A stretch of DNA of 32,000 nt from Pseudoalteromonas tetraodonis. GTDB lineage: Bacteria > Pseudomonadota > Gammaproteobacteria > Enterobacterales > Alteromonadaceae. Shown here in pieces: positions 16,557-24,833 of the stretch. The stretch's first letter is position 1. Each line of letters begins with the position of its first letter. Location: the NCBI RefSeq assembly GCF_002310835.1, contig NZ_CP011042.1, positions 150,001-182,000 of the forward strand, in the 5' to 3' direction. Made by a program: the position numbers and the translations under genes. The notes under the pieces were generated by a model that ran no database searches, was not told where the DNA came from, and saw nothing but the letters and a program-made list of their open reading frames with translations.

Positions 16557-17210
16557 TTATAAGAGCCTTGGAGCTAGATAGTTTAATTCGACTCGGCTAC
16601 CTGATAGCAGTAAGGTGTCGTGGGTATGTAACTCAAAGTCGTCATCAAGTTTGACAAACGTTTGCTTGGCGCGCTTTACCAATAGAGGGTCTACAGTGCC
16701 TTTTATTTCTCTGAGTAGATGCCCTAGTTTTGTTTTATGTAGGTGAGCTTTTATACTTACTTCAACAACGTATAAGCCATTGCCTAATGAAATATAGTCG
16801 TTCACTATCGGGTAATTAAGCGCTTGTGCAACGCGCACCCCCATTTCTTCCTCAGGGTGAATAATGCGTGTTACACCTAATTTAGAGATAATAGTGTGAT
16901 GGGCTTTAGTACTCGCTTTTACCCATATTTGCTCAACAGCTAAGTTTTTTAATGCAAGCGTGCACAGAATGCTCGATTGCATATCTTCCCCAATCGCCAC
17001 TAAAACAGCCTGACTACTCGCTAAATCAAGCTCTTTAAGTGCGGCTTCATCGGTGGAGTCGCAAACGACGGTTTCAGATAAATGCTCAACATACTTTTCG
17101 GCGAGTTTTGGGTTACTATCTACGCCAGTCACTGTGTGTCCTAAATGAATTAACTCAAGACTTGCTGCAATGCCGAAGCGACCTAAACCAATCACTGTAA
17201 AATGTGCCAT
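16557..17210 (-). CDS. ktrA: KtrA/TrkA-type RCK (NAD-binding) K+ transport gating subunit
   Basis: It has a Rossmann motif FTVIGLGRFG, followed by a TrkA_N-type domain and then a TrkA_C-type domain. I prefer the ATG at 17210 (MAHFTVIGLGRFG, RBS GAGGAA 6 nt upstream) over the track start at 17234, which would overlap the upstream gene. Confidence 0.85.
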   Translation of the reverse strand: MAHFTVIGLGRFGIAASLELIHLGHTVTGVDSNPKLAEKYVEHLSETVVCDSTDEAALKELDLASSQAVLVAIGEDMQSSILCTLALKNLAVEQIWVKASTKAHHTIISKLGVTRIIHPEEEMGVRVAQALNYPIVNDYISLGNGLYVVEVSIKAHLHKTKLGHLLREIKGTVDPLLVKRAKQTFVKLDDDFELHTHDTLLLSGSRVELNYLAPRLL

Positions 17211-17221
17211 ATTATTCCTCG

Positions 17222-18676
17222 TTATTTTTTCCAAAAGCTATGAGTAAAAAGTGCAAAAACAGTAAAATATTCTAACCGGCCCACGATCATAGCGACCGAG
17301 AGTATCCAAATACCGGTATCTGAAACGGGTTGAAAGTTAGCGCCAACTTCACCAAACCCAGGGCCAAGTACATTGACGCAAGCAGCTACCGCAGTAAATG
17401 CACTCCAAAAATCAAGACCCGTTGCCATAAGTAACATTGTAAACAGTAAGCTTGTACCAACAGCAAAGGTCATAAATGCCATAATTGCATGGCGTACATC
17501 TTCTTTAACGGGCGAACCTTGATATTTAAGTGTGAATATCGCTCTTGGATGAAGTAGCTGTTTAATATTGTTATTAATCATTCTGCCAACAATAATGTTA
17601 CGAATTATTTTATTTCCGCCAGCGGTTGAACCTGCGCAACCACCAAGATAGCCAGCAATAACCAGCAAAAACCCAGCCTCAGCTGGCCAGTCAGTAAAGC
17701 CTGCTGCGCCATAACCGGTGCTGGTAATAAAAGAAATAATATGAAATGTGGAGAAACTAAATGCTTCAAGTACATTTGAGTAGCTGTCTTTAAGCAGCAA
17801 CATGGTGGTTAAAAGAACTGATAAAAACACGACGATATAAATAAAATAACGTGTTTCTTCATCGTGATAATAACTAGTAATGGCTCTTTTGTGCGCCACT
17901 TTGAAGTGCAAGGCAAAGTTAATCGCACCTGCAAGCATAAAGACATTAGCTATCCACAGCAGTAAATGGCTGCGGTAATACCACATACTGGCATCATGCG
18001 TTGAAAAACCCCCAGTTGAAACTGTGGTAAAGGCATGTGCAATCGCATCGTATAAACTCATTCCACCAGCATAATAGGCTAAAATACAAAGTACCGTGAT
18101 TGCAAAATAAACACCCCATAAATAATGCGCGGTACTGGCAACGCGCGGAGTTAATTTTTCGTCTTTAATGGGGCCTGGGGTTTCTGCTTTTAATAATTTC
18201 ATGCCACCAATATTCAGCATAGGTAAAATAGCCACTACAAAAATTACTATGCCTAAACCGCCCATCCATTGTAAAAATTGTCGATACAATAAAAAGCTAG
18301 CAGGCATGTTATCGAGCCCTGATAGCACGGTTGCACCAGTAGTAGTTAAGGCGCTAATTGACTCAAATACTGCATCGCTAAAGTTAACGCCAGTGACAAC
18401 CAAAATGGGAATAGCGCCTAACACACCGGCTATAATCCACGTTACTGTGGCGTAAATGAGTGCATCTCTGAATGTTGCACCGGTATAATCTGTTTTACGT
18501 AAATTGATAAGTAGCATTAAAGCGACTGAGATCATCGTTGCGCCAGAAATAAGAAACGCACTAATAACGCGATCTTTAAAAATAAATAATGAAAGCGCTG
18601 CGAATACTAGTTGCACCACTCCCATCCAAATAATAGGAAAGGCGAGTAGTCTTAAGGTGATTTTCCAATTTATCAT
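17222..18676 (-). CDS. trkH: TrkH-type K+ uptake membrane subunit
   Basis: About 484 aa. TrkH pore loops are present: SALTTTGAT, TVSTGGFSTHD, ITSTGYG and NVLGPGFG, along with the TrkH gating-loop motif GGCAGSTAGGNKIIR. The track start at 18679 is a TTG. The ATG at 18676 follows immediately (MINWKITL). Confidence 0.85.
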   Translation of the reverse strand: MINWKITLRLLAFPIIWMGVVQLVFAALSLFIFKDRVISAFLISGATMISVALMLLINLRKTDYTGATFRDALIYATVTWIIAGVLGAIPILVVTGVNFSDAVFESISALTTTGATVLSGLDNMPASFLLYRQFLQWMGGLGIVIFVVAILPMLNIGGMKLLKAETPGPIKDEKLTPRVASTAHYLWGVYFAITVLCILAYYAGGMSLYDAIAHAFTTVSTGGFSTHDASMWYYRSHLLLWIANVFMLAGAINFALHFKVAHKRAITSYYHDEETRYFIYIVVFLSVLLTTMLLLKDSYSNVLEAFSFSTFHIISFITSTGYGAAGFTDWPAEAGFLLVIAGYLGGCAGSTAGGNKIIRNIIVGRMINNNIKQLLHPRAIFTLKYQGSPVKEDVRHAIMAFMTFAVGTSLLFTMLLMATGLDFWSAFTAVAACVNVLGPGFGEVGANFQPVSDTGIWILSVAMIVGRLEYFTVFALFTHSFWKK

Positions 18677-18809
18677 CAATACGCCTTATCAAATACCTAT
18701 TGCAGGTAACACGCAATCACTAAAGTTGAGTTGAATATACGGGATCAAATACTAAAGTCAGCGCTGCACTGCAAAGCTTTATAAAGATTTAACGAACGAG
18801 ATAAAGAAC

Positions 18810-18826
18810 TTTATAAAAACTTTATA
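18810..18826 (+). promoter_or_regulatory. Candidate KdpE-type operator: TTTATA-N5-TTTATA direct repeat in the trkH / kdpD-like divergent region
   Basis: CTTTATA occurs at 18809..18815 and 18820..18826, in an exact 11-bp register. A third copy lies at 18777..18783 inside the 10-bp palindrome CTTTATAAAG. The site lies 56 nt upstream of the kdpD-like ATG. Confidence 0.5.
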
Positions 18827-18881
18827 GAGGCAATATCGAAAAGGCAGTAACCTAAGTGCTCAAATGTTAGAGGAATAATTA

Positions 18882-20207
18882 ATGAATCAGGTCGAGGCCA
18901 AACCAAGTTGGTATAAAGCATTTTTTTTGGCGGTAATAATGCCATTAATTGTGGTTATGGCCATTTTCCCTGTACGTAACTGGTTTACTACTACCGATAT
19001 TGTAATGCTTCAGTTATTGTGGGTGACTTGGGTTGCTGTACGTAGTAACCGTCGCCTTGCGATACTGACCACCTTAGTAAGTGTCGCATGTACCGATTGG
19101 TTTTTTGTTGCCCCTAATTTTACTTTTCATATTGAAAACATAGAATATTTAGTAACTTTTATTGTTATGCTAATTGTTGGTTTTGTGATCAGTCAATTGG
19201 CGGGGGAGCTCAGTACTAAAGTCAGAGATGTGCAATTACACGCAAGTAATAGCCGCACCTTGTATGAACTGGCAAAAGACCTAAATAGCCTAGATACGCT
19301 GGACGAACAAAAAAAGTACTTTGTACAGCGGATCGGTAAGCATTTAAATGCATCTTGCACATTTATGCCTGCAGCACCGCGAGGCAGCAGTGAATTTATA
19401 TTACTTAGTGAGGCTAACCCGAGCTGGGGCGGGTTTAATTTTACTAAACGGTTAACGCAAGGGCAAAAAGCCTTTGCTGATACCGCTATTTCACTGCTTT
19501 ATCAAGTACATGAAAAAACGTTATTACGCCAGCAGTCGGCTGCTATTTCGGTGCAAGCGGAATTAGAACGCGCTAAAAATGCACTTTTACGTAGTTTGTC
19601 ACATGATTTACGCACACCATTGGCAACTATTATGGGCGCATCCAGCATGCTTGCAGATGATGAAATTACCCTCAGCGACAGCGTGATAAAAGAGCAAGCG
19701 AGTAATATTTATGAGCAAAGTAAAATACTTAATCAGCACTTTGATAAAGTCATGGAGTTAAGCCGAGTTAATAAAATGGGTGAAAACCTATGTTGGCAAA
19801 CAATAAACTTACAAGCATTACTCAGTGAAGCCAAAGCTCGCAGACAGCAGCAACTCACTCATTTTGTTATAGATACCAATATAGACGCTCAGTCAAAATG
19901 CATAGGGGATGTGACTTTATTAGAAATTGCGCTAGCTAATATGCTCGAAAATGCATGGCGTTATGGTGATGGGAAGGTGAGCGTTGAATTTACTCAAAGT
20001 AGCAATCAGCAAAAGGTATGTTATCAGTTACTTCTCACTAATAACGTGATCACTAAAGCGCAAACAAGTAGCGATGAAGGCGTTGGGCTGGGCAGTATTA
20101 TTTGTGATGTGGTAGCTAAATTTCACCAAGGTACATTTACATTAACAATTAACAACGAGACACAGATGGCGTACGCAAAATTGATCTGGGAAAAAGACAA
20201 TGACTAA
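18882..20207 (+). CDS. KdpD-like sensor histidine kinase lacking the N-terminal KdpD/Usp sensor module (4-TM DUF4118 + linker + HisKA + HATPase)
   Basis: 441 aa with RBS AGAGGA. Four N-terminal TM helices carry the KdpD-type motif (TDWFFVAPNFTFHI..YLVTF). The H-box LSHDLRTPLATI is present (His241 at 19602..19604), as are the N-box NMLENAWRYG and the G2 box GVGLGS. It overlaps kdpE by 8 nt (ATGACTAA). Confidence 0.8.
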   Translation: MNQVEAKPSWYKAFFLAVIMPLIVVMAIFPVRNWFTTTDIVMLQLLWVTWVAVRSNRRLAILTTLVSVACTDWFFVAPNFTFHIENIEYLVTFIVMLIVGFVISQLAGELSTKVRDVQLHASNSRTLYELAKDLNSLDTLDEQKKYFVQRIGKHLNASCTFMPAAPRGSSEFILLSEANPSWGGFNFTKRLTQGQKAFADTAISLLYQVHEKTLLRQQSAAISVQAELERAKNALLRSLSHDLRTPLATIMGASSMLADDEITLSDSVIKEQASNIYEQSKILNQHFDKVMELSRVNKMGENLCWQTINLQALLSEAKARRQQQLTHFVIDTNIDAQSKCIGDVTLLEIALANMLENAWRYGDGKVSVEFTQSSNQQKVCYQLLLTNNVITKAQTSSDEGVGLGSIICDVVAKFHQGTFTLTINNETQMAYAKLIWEKDND

Positions 20208-20868
20208 AATCTTAATATTGGAAGACTCTCCCCCTTTACAAAGCTTTTTAAAAACCTTGTTGCAAGCCAGTGGTTACGAGCTAAGTATTTGTGATAAAGG
20301 CTTAGATGGTTTTGCACGTTTAAGTGAGCAAAGTTATGATCTTGTGTTATTAGACTTAGGCTTGTTAGATATGGACGGTCAAGACTGGCTGATTGAGTTT
20401 CGACAATGGAGTGCCTTACCTGTTTTGGTGCTGTCAGCGCGAGATGGCGAAGTTGAAAAGGTAACCGCGCTTGATAATGGAGCAAATGACTATATTACCA
20501 AACCGTTTAGCGCGAATGAGTTACTCGCCAGAATTCGGGTGTTATTGCGCACCCAAAGTCAGCCGAGTGTGGCGTTTACCTGTGGGAATATAAAAATAGA
20601 TCCACAAAAGCACATAGTAACCACCTCGGGGAATGAGATAAAACTGACTAAAAAAGAGTACGCAATATTATTATTGCTGTTTCAAAATAAAGATAAAGTA
20701 CTCACTCATAATGCAATTTTAAGCCATGTTTGGGGAGCGCAGTACATAGATCGTCCTGAATATGTGCGGGTACATGTAGCGCAGCTCAGACAAAAACTAG
20801 AAGCTAACCCTGCTAGTCCAAAATACATATTAACTGAACCCGCTGTGGGTTATCGGTTGGTCGATTAA
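20200..20868 (+). CDS. kdpE: OmpR/PhoB-family response regulator, KdpE-like
   Basis: 222 aa. The receiver region DLVLLDLGLLDMDGQDWLIEFRQWSALPVLVLSARDGEVEKVTALDNGANDYITKPF closely matches the E. coli KdpE pattern (RQWS..PV.VLSAR). A C-terminal winged-helix is present (LTKKEYAILLLL, GYRL). Confidence 0.85.
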   Translation: MTKILILEDSPPLQSFLKTLLQASGYELSICDKGLDGFARLSEQSYDLVLLDLGLLDMDGQDWLIEFRQWSALPVLVLSARDGEVEKVTALDNGANDYITKPFSANELLARIRVLLRTQSQPSVAFTCGNIKIDPQKHIVTTSGNEIKLTKKEYAILLLLFQNKDKVLTHNAILSHVWGAQYIDRPEYVRVHVAQLRQKLEANPASPKYILTEPAVGYRLVD

Positions 20869-20977
20869 ACAATAAGAACTTTACAGTCTGCTCTACAACT
20901 CAGCGAGTCTGATAAATTATATAAATAACGCTTTTGTTTCCAAGCGATACTCTATTTAACAACCTTGTCCGTTATAT

Positions 20978-21000
20978 AGCGGGTATTTTAATACCCCGCT
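20978..21000 (+). terminator. Possible terminator hairpin downstream of kdpE
   Basis: AGCGGGTAT-TTTA-ATACCCCGCT forms 9 bp with one bulged C. The downstream T-tract is weak. Confidence 0.35.
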
Positions 21001-21082
21001 TCTGCATTAATTTCTACACAATTGATTTGCCTAGAAAGTTTTTATAGTCTAATTTTTAAGCTTAATACTTCAGATCCTCAGG

Positions 21083-23227
21083 ATGTTGGCTTGCTTGTTT
21101 AAGCCTAAAATTATGCGACTACCACTCATACACTCTTTGCAAGGAAAGATGCTGCTGTATTTGGCATTGCCCGTCATGCTCATTATTGCCAGTATCTTGA
21201 GTTATTGGTATTCAACTAGCCTTAATCAGGCTGTTATACAAGCAAAACTAAATTTAAGCCAGACGGCAGATACGATTGCCGCGAAGGTAAATGAAGAAAC
21301 GCAATTAGCGGTACGCACTACAGAGATTATGGCCTTAGCACAGCAAAATGGGTTGTTTGGTGATAGAGAGGCAAGTATTAATTTTGTTCGTGCAGTGCTT
21401 AAAATGAACCCTTCATTTGTGGGGGCTTCGTTTGGTTATGAGCCTAATGCCGATAATCAAGATCAAGCCTATATTAATGCTCCACCGTTAAAAGAGGGCG
21501 TTTATGTAGACCAAACTGGCCGTTTTTTACCTTATTGGCATCGTGATTTTAATGACTCTGAACGTTTGTTACTTGAGCCCTTGGTCGATATGGAATCAAG
21601 TCTTTATTATGAGGGAGTACGTCAACAGTTTTTACGTGATGGTAATACCGAGACGATGATCACTGAGCCCTATGTTTACGAGGGAAGAATGCTGGTTGAA
21701 CAAAGTTCGCCAATTATTATTAATGGCGAATTTGTCGGTATGGCAAGTGTAGATAGAGCACTTGCTGATATAACGGAATTCTTACAAACCATAAAGCAGC
21801 AACTAAAAATTGATGTTTTGTTACTCAGCCAACGTGACAACGTGATTGCCACGACATTAAATCATTCAGGACTAAAAACGAAAGCCATTTTAGACACAGA
21901 TTATGCAAGTATAGCCAAACAGCTAAAATCACAGGGGCAAGCAAGAGAAATATTATCTGCTAACGATCCTTTTGATTCTGGAATATTCTATTTTGATAAA
22001 GCCAAGGTTGCCACTGGGCATTGGACAGTGATAGTGCGTCGCTCTGAAACCGATATTATTGGGCCTATTCAAGCGCAATTTAGCCCATTATTGGCAGCGG
22101 CTTTTGCAAGTGTATTACTGGTGTTTTTACTCTTTTGGTATTTTATTAACCGAACAACCAAGCGTATTAATATTGCGATTAAATCTGTTGAACAGCTAGC
22201 TAATGGAGATTTATCTATTCATGTTCAAAAGTATATGACTCAAAAGGATGAGCTTGGCACCATGTTTAGAAGCTTTGAGCGTTTAATTAAAGCCAGTAAA
22301 GATATTGATCAGGTTTGCTCTGCGATTGCAGCTGGGGATTTTTCTCAAACAGTTTCTAAGCGCAGCCCTTATGACAGTTTAAGTGATTCTATTAATTTAA
22401 TGTCGAGTAAACGCCATGAGGCAGAGCAGGCTCTACTTGAGCAAACCATAGAGCTTCGTCGCACTCAGCAGGAACTTGTTGAAGCAGAGAAAATGTCTTC
22501 ACTTGGAAGTTTAGTCAGTGGTGTGGCACATGAGGTGAATACACCGTTAGGTGTTTGTGTGACAGCGACATCTCATTTGCGAGAAATGTTAATTGAAACT
22601 AAAAACAAAGTGGCTTCTGGCACCTTAAGTAAAACAGAGTTTAGTGAGTTTATTAGTGAAGTTGATTTAAGCTGTGACATTTTGCTAAAAAACATGCAAC
22701 GTGCCGCTGATTTAATAAGCAGTTTTAAACGTGTAGCGGTTGATCAAACAACCGAAGAATTACGTAATTTGTATGTAAGTAGTTATTTTAATGAGGTGCT
22801 AAAAAGCCTCTATCATACCCTTAAAGCAACACCGGTTGATATTACCATTAGTGCAACGGAGCCTGAGCCAGAAGTGTATTCTGATCCCGGTGCCTTAGCG
22901 CAAATTCTCACTAATCTAGTAATGAATTCAATTATTCACGGTTTTCAAAATGGTAGAAAAAAAGGGCAGATAAGTGTTCATATTGAGTACTTAGACTCTG
23001 TCTGTATTCATTATCAAGACAGTGGTCAAGGCATGACAGATGAAGTTCAGAAAAAAGTGTTTGACCCGTTTTACACTACAAATAGAGCGGGTGGCGGCAG
23101 TGGCTTGGGGATGAATATTGTTTATAACCTCGTAGTTCACCGCCTGAAAGGGCAAATTGCAGTAAAGCAAAAAGAATCCACAGGCGTTTATTTTTTCATT
23201 CAATTTCCGGTAACGCCACCGAATTAA
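21083..23227 (+). CDS. Sensor histidine kinase with periplasmic Cache-like domain, HAMP and HisKA/HATPase
   Basis: 714 aa. TM1 is LLYLALPVMLIIASILSYWY. A periplasmic domain of about 290 aa has double-Cache character, and TM2 is LLAAAFASVLLVFLLFWYFI. A HAMP domain (EQLANGDLS..DELGTMFRSFERLI) and a coiled coil follow. The H-box is SGVAHEVNTPLG (His at 22529..22531), and the HATPase motifs are NLVMNSIIHG, DSGQGM and GGSGLGMNIV. The start is uncertain, with alternatives at 21113 and 21149. Confidence 0.85.
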   Translation: MLACLFKPKIMRLPLIHSLQGKMLLYLALPVMLIIASILSYWYSTSLNQAVIQAKLNLSQTADTIAAKVNEETQLAVRTTEIMALAQQNGLFGDREASINFVRAVLKMNPSFVGASFGYEPNADNQDQAYINAPPLKEGVYVDQTGRFLPYWHRDFNDSERLLLEPLVDMESSLYYEGVRQQFLRDGNTETMITEPYVYEGRMLVEQSSPIIINGEFVGMASVDRALADITEFLQTIKQQLKIDVLLLSQRDNVIATTLNHSGLKTKAILDTDYASIAKQLKSQGQAREILSANDPFDSGIFYFDKAKVATGHWTVIVRRSETDIIGPIQAQFSPLLAAAFASVLLVFLLFWYFINRTTKRINIAIKSVEQLANGDLSIHVQKYMTQKDELGTMFRSFERLIKASKDIDQVCSAIAAGDFSQTVSKRSPYDSLSDSINLMSSKRHEAEQALLEQTIELRRTQQELVEAEKMSSLGSLVSGVAHEVNTPLGVCVTATSHLREMLIETKNKVASGTLSKTEFSEFISEVDLSCDILLKNMQRAADLISSFKRVAVDQTTEELRNLYVSSYFNEVLKSLYHTLKATPVDITISATEPEPEVYSDPGALAQILTNLVMNSIIHGFQNGRKKGQISVHIEYLDSVCIHYQDSGQGMTDEVQKKVFDPFYTTNRAGGGSGLGMNIVYNLVVHRLKGQIAVKQKESTGVYFFIQFPVTPPN

Positions 23228-23246
23228 TTAATAGCAGGGTGTGTTT

Positions 23247-24782
23247 ATGGAGTGGTTACAAGATGATGTAGTGTCAGATAAAGCGGTTGCTAACAGCAAT
23301 GCTAAGCCATGGAAAATCTTAATTGTTGATGACGATGACTCTGTGCATCAGGTAACTCAACTTGCAATGAAGCGCTTTGAATTTGAGCAACGCCCTGTTG
23401 AACTACACAGTGTTTACAGTGCATCTGAGGCGAAAGAGAAACTACAAAGCTCAGAACGTTACGCATTAATTTTACTAGATGTCGTAATGGAAACAGAACA
23501 TGCAGGATTAGATCTTGCGCGATTTATTCGCCAAGACTTACAAAATGGTTATAGTCGAATTATTTTGCGAACAGGTCAGCCTGGGGTTGCGCCTGAGCGC
23601 AGTGTTATTCGCGATTATGATATTGATGGCTATAAAGCGAAGAGCCAACTGCAAAGCCAAGATCTTGAATTGATTTTTTATACCTCTTTACGAGCCTACC
23701 GTGATATTTGTATGCTACAAACTCACCGCTATAATTTAAAAAGACTAATAAAAGCTATCTCTACCATTACCCAAATTGGTGACTTGGTAGAGTTTACCTC
23801 TGTTGTCATGGAAGAGTTAAAACTTGTACTGAATATGAGCTCGGCCAATTTATATATTGATGCGCCTAAAGTATTTGGTATTTGTCAGTTAGATGAAAAG
23901 TTGCAAATGATTGAAGGGGAAGTCTCAGGTATACATCTGTTCACGGGAAGTGGTATTGATAGTATTCCGAAAAAGCATCAAGAGTACTTTTTAAGGGCGA
24001 AACAAACCAAGCAGAATTTTATTGCAGAAGATCATTATGTTTATTTTCATCATTCACAAAAAGGTCTAGATTCAATACTCGCATTTCAATCATTGCAACC
24101 GGTTAAAAAAGAAGCGCAACAGCTTGTTGACTTGTTTTTGGGCAATGTTGTTCTCACATTTGAAAGTTTATTATTAGCTAATTCAATTGAAGAAACCCAG
24201 CAGCTGGCTATTTCACTGATGGGAGGTGCCATGGAGTCGCGCTCCAAGGAAACGGGATCTCACGTAATTAGGGTTGGCTTATATGCAAAATTACTCGCGC
24301 AGCTGCATAATCAAAATCAAGCGTACTGCGATAAAATTAGCCTAGCTGCGCAATTACATGATGTAGGAAAGGTAGGTGTACCAGATCTCATTTTAAACAA
24401 GCCGGCAAAATTAGATGCTGACGAGTGGGAAATTATGAAACAGCATACCACTAAGGGCTGGGAAATTCTCAAAGGGACAGCTAATCCTGTTATTGATATG
24501 GCTGCAAACATTGCGATTGATCATCACGAGCGTTGGGATGGAGCCGGTTATCCGCACGCAAAAAAACAGCAAGAAATCAGTTTAGAGGGACGAATTACTG
24601 CGATTGCTGATGTGTTTGATGCGTTATGTTGTCGCCGTTGTTATAAAGAGCCTTGGAGTATGGATGACGCAAAAGCGGAAATAATTAAAGGTGCAGGTAA
24701 TCATTTTGATCCAAACTTAGTTGCACTTTTTGAAGCACATTTTAATGATTTTAAACAAATCTACCTGGATAGGCCTGAATAG
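23247..24782 (+). CDS. Response regulator with HD-GYP c-di-GMP phosphodiesterase output (REC, GAF-like middle domain, HD-GYP)
   Basis: The REC domain reads KILIVDDDDSVH..LILLDVVME..YKAK. The HD motif QLHDVGK lies at 24351..24371 and HHERWDGAGYP at 24522..24554. The track start at 23241 is a GTG. The ATG at 23247 has better spacing from AGGG. Confidence 0.9.
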   Translation: MEWLQDDVVSDKAVANSNAKPWKILIVDDDDSVHQVTQLAMKRFEFEQRPVELHSVYSASEAKEKLQSSERYALILLDVVMETEHAGLDLARFIRQDLQNGYSRIILRTGQPGVAPERSVIRDYDIDGYKAKSQLQSQDLELIFYTSLRAYRDICMLQTHRYNLKRLIKAISTITQIGDLVEFTSVVMEELKLVLNMSSANLYIDAPKVFGICQLDEKLQMIEGEVSGIHLFTGSGIDSIPKKHQEYFLRAKQTKQNFIAEDHYVYFHHSQKGLDSILAFQSLQPVKKEAQQLVDLFLGNVVLTFESLLLANSIEETQQLAISLMGGAMESRSKETGSHVIRVGLYAKLLAQLHNQNQAYCDKISLAAQLHDVGKVGVPDLILNKPAKLDADEWEIMKQHTTKGWEILKGTANPVIDMAANIAIDHHERWDGAGYPHAKKQQEISLEGRITAIADVFDALCCRRCYKEPWSMDDAKAEIIKGAGNHFDPNLVALFEAHFNDFKQIYLDRPE

Positions 24783-24794
24783 CAAGGCAGGTAT

Positions 24795-24824
24795 CGCTTT
24801 GACTGTGAAACCACAATCAAAGCG
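24795..24824. terminator. Weak hairpin between the convergent HD-GYP and GST genes
   Basis: CGCTTTGA / TCAAAGCG is an 8-bp stem with a 14-nt loop. There is no strong T-tract. Confidence 0.3.
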
Positions 24825-24833
24825 AAAGTTAAG

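Noticed and set aside
17211-17234. Track start of ktrA at 17234, which overlaps the trkH stop by 13 nt
   Set aside because: The ATG at 17210 is preceded by GAGGAA at proper spacing and places the Rossmann GxGxxG at the usual N-terminal position. The longer form is therefore unlikely.
18168-18734. Two + strand ORFs (18168..18455 and 18504..18734) over the trkH-like gene and its leader
   Set aside because: They are antisense to a gene with all TrkH pore-loop motifs and have no RBS.
20204-20485. 93-aa minus-strand ORF inside kdpE
   Set aside because: Antisense shadow ORF.
21022-21048. TTGATT ... TATAGT as a sigma70 promoter for the Cache histidine kinase
   Set aside because: The spacer is only 15 nt by my count, so I cannot support it as a feature without TSS data.
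22991-23203. 70-aa minus-strand ORF inside the histidine kinase
   Set aside because: Antisense shadow ORF.
24317-24511. 64-aa minus-strand ORF inside the HD-GYP gene
   Set aside because: Antisense shadow ORF.
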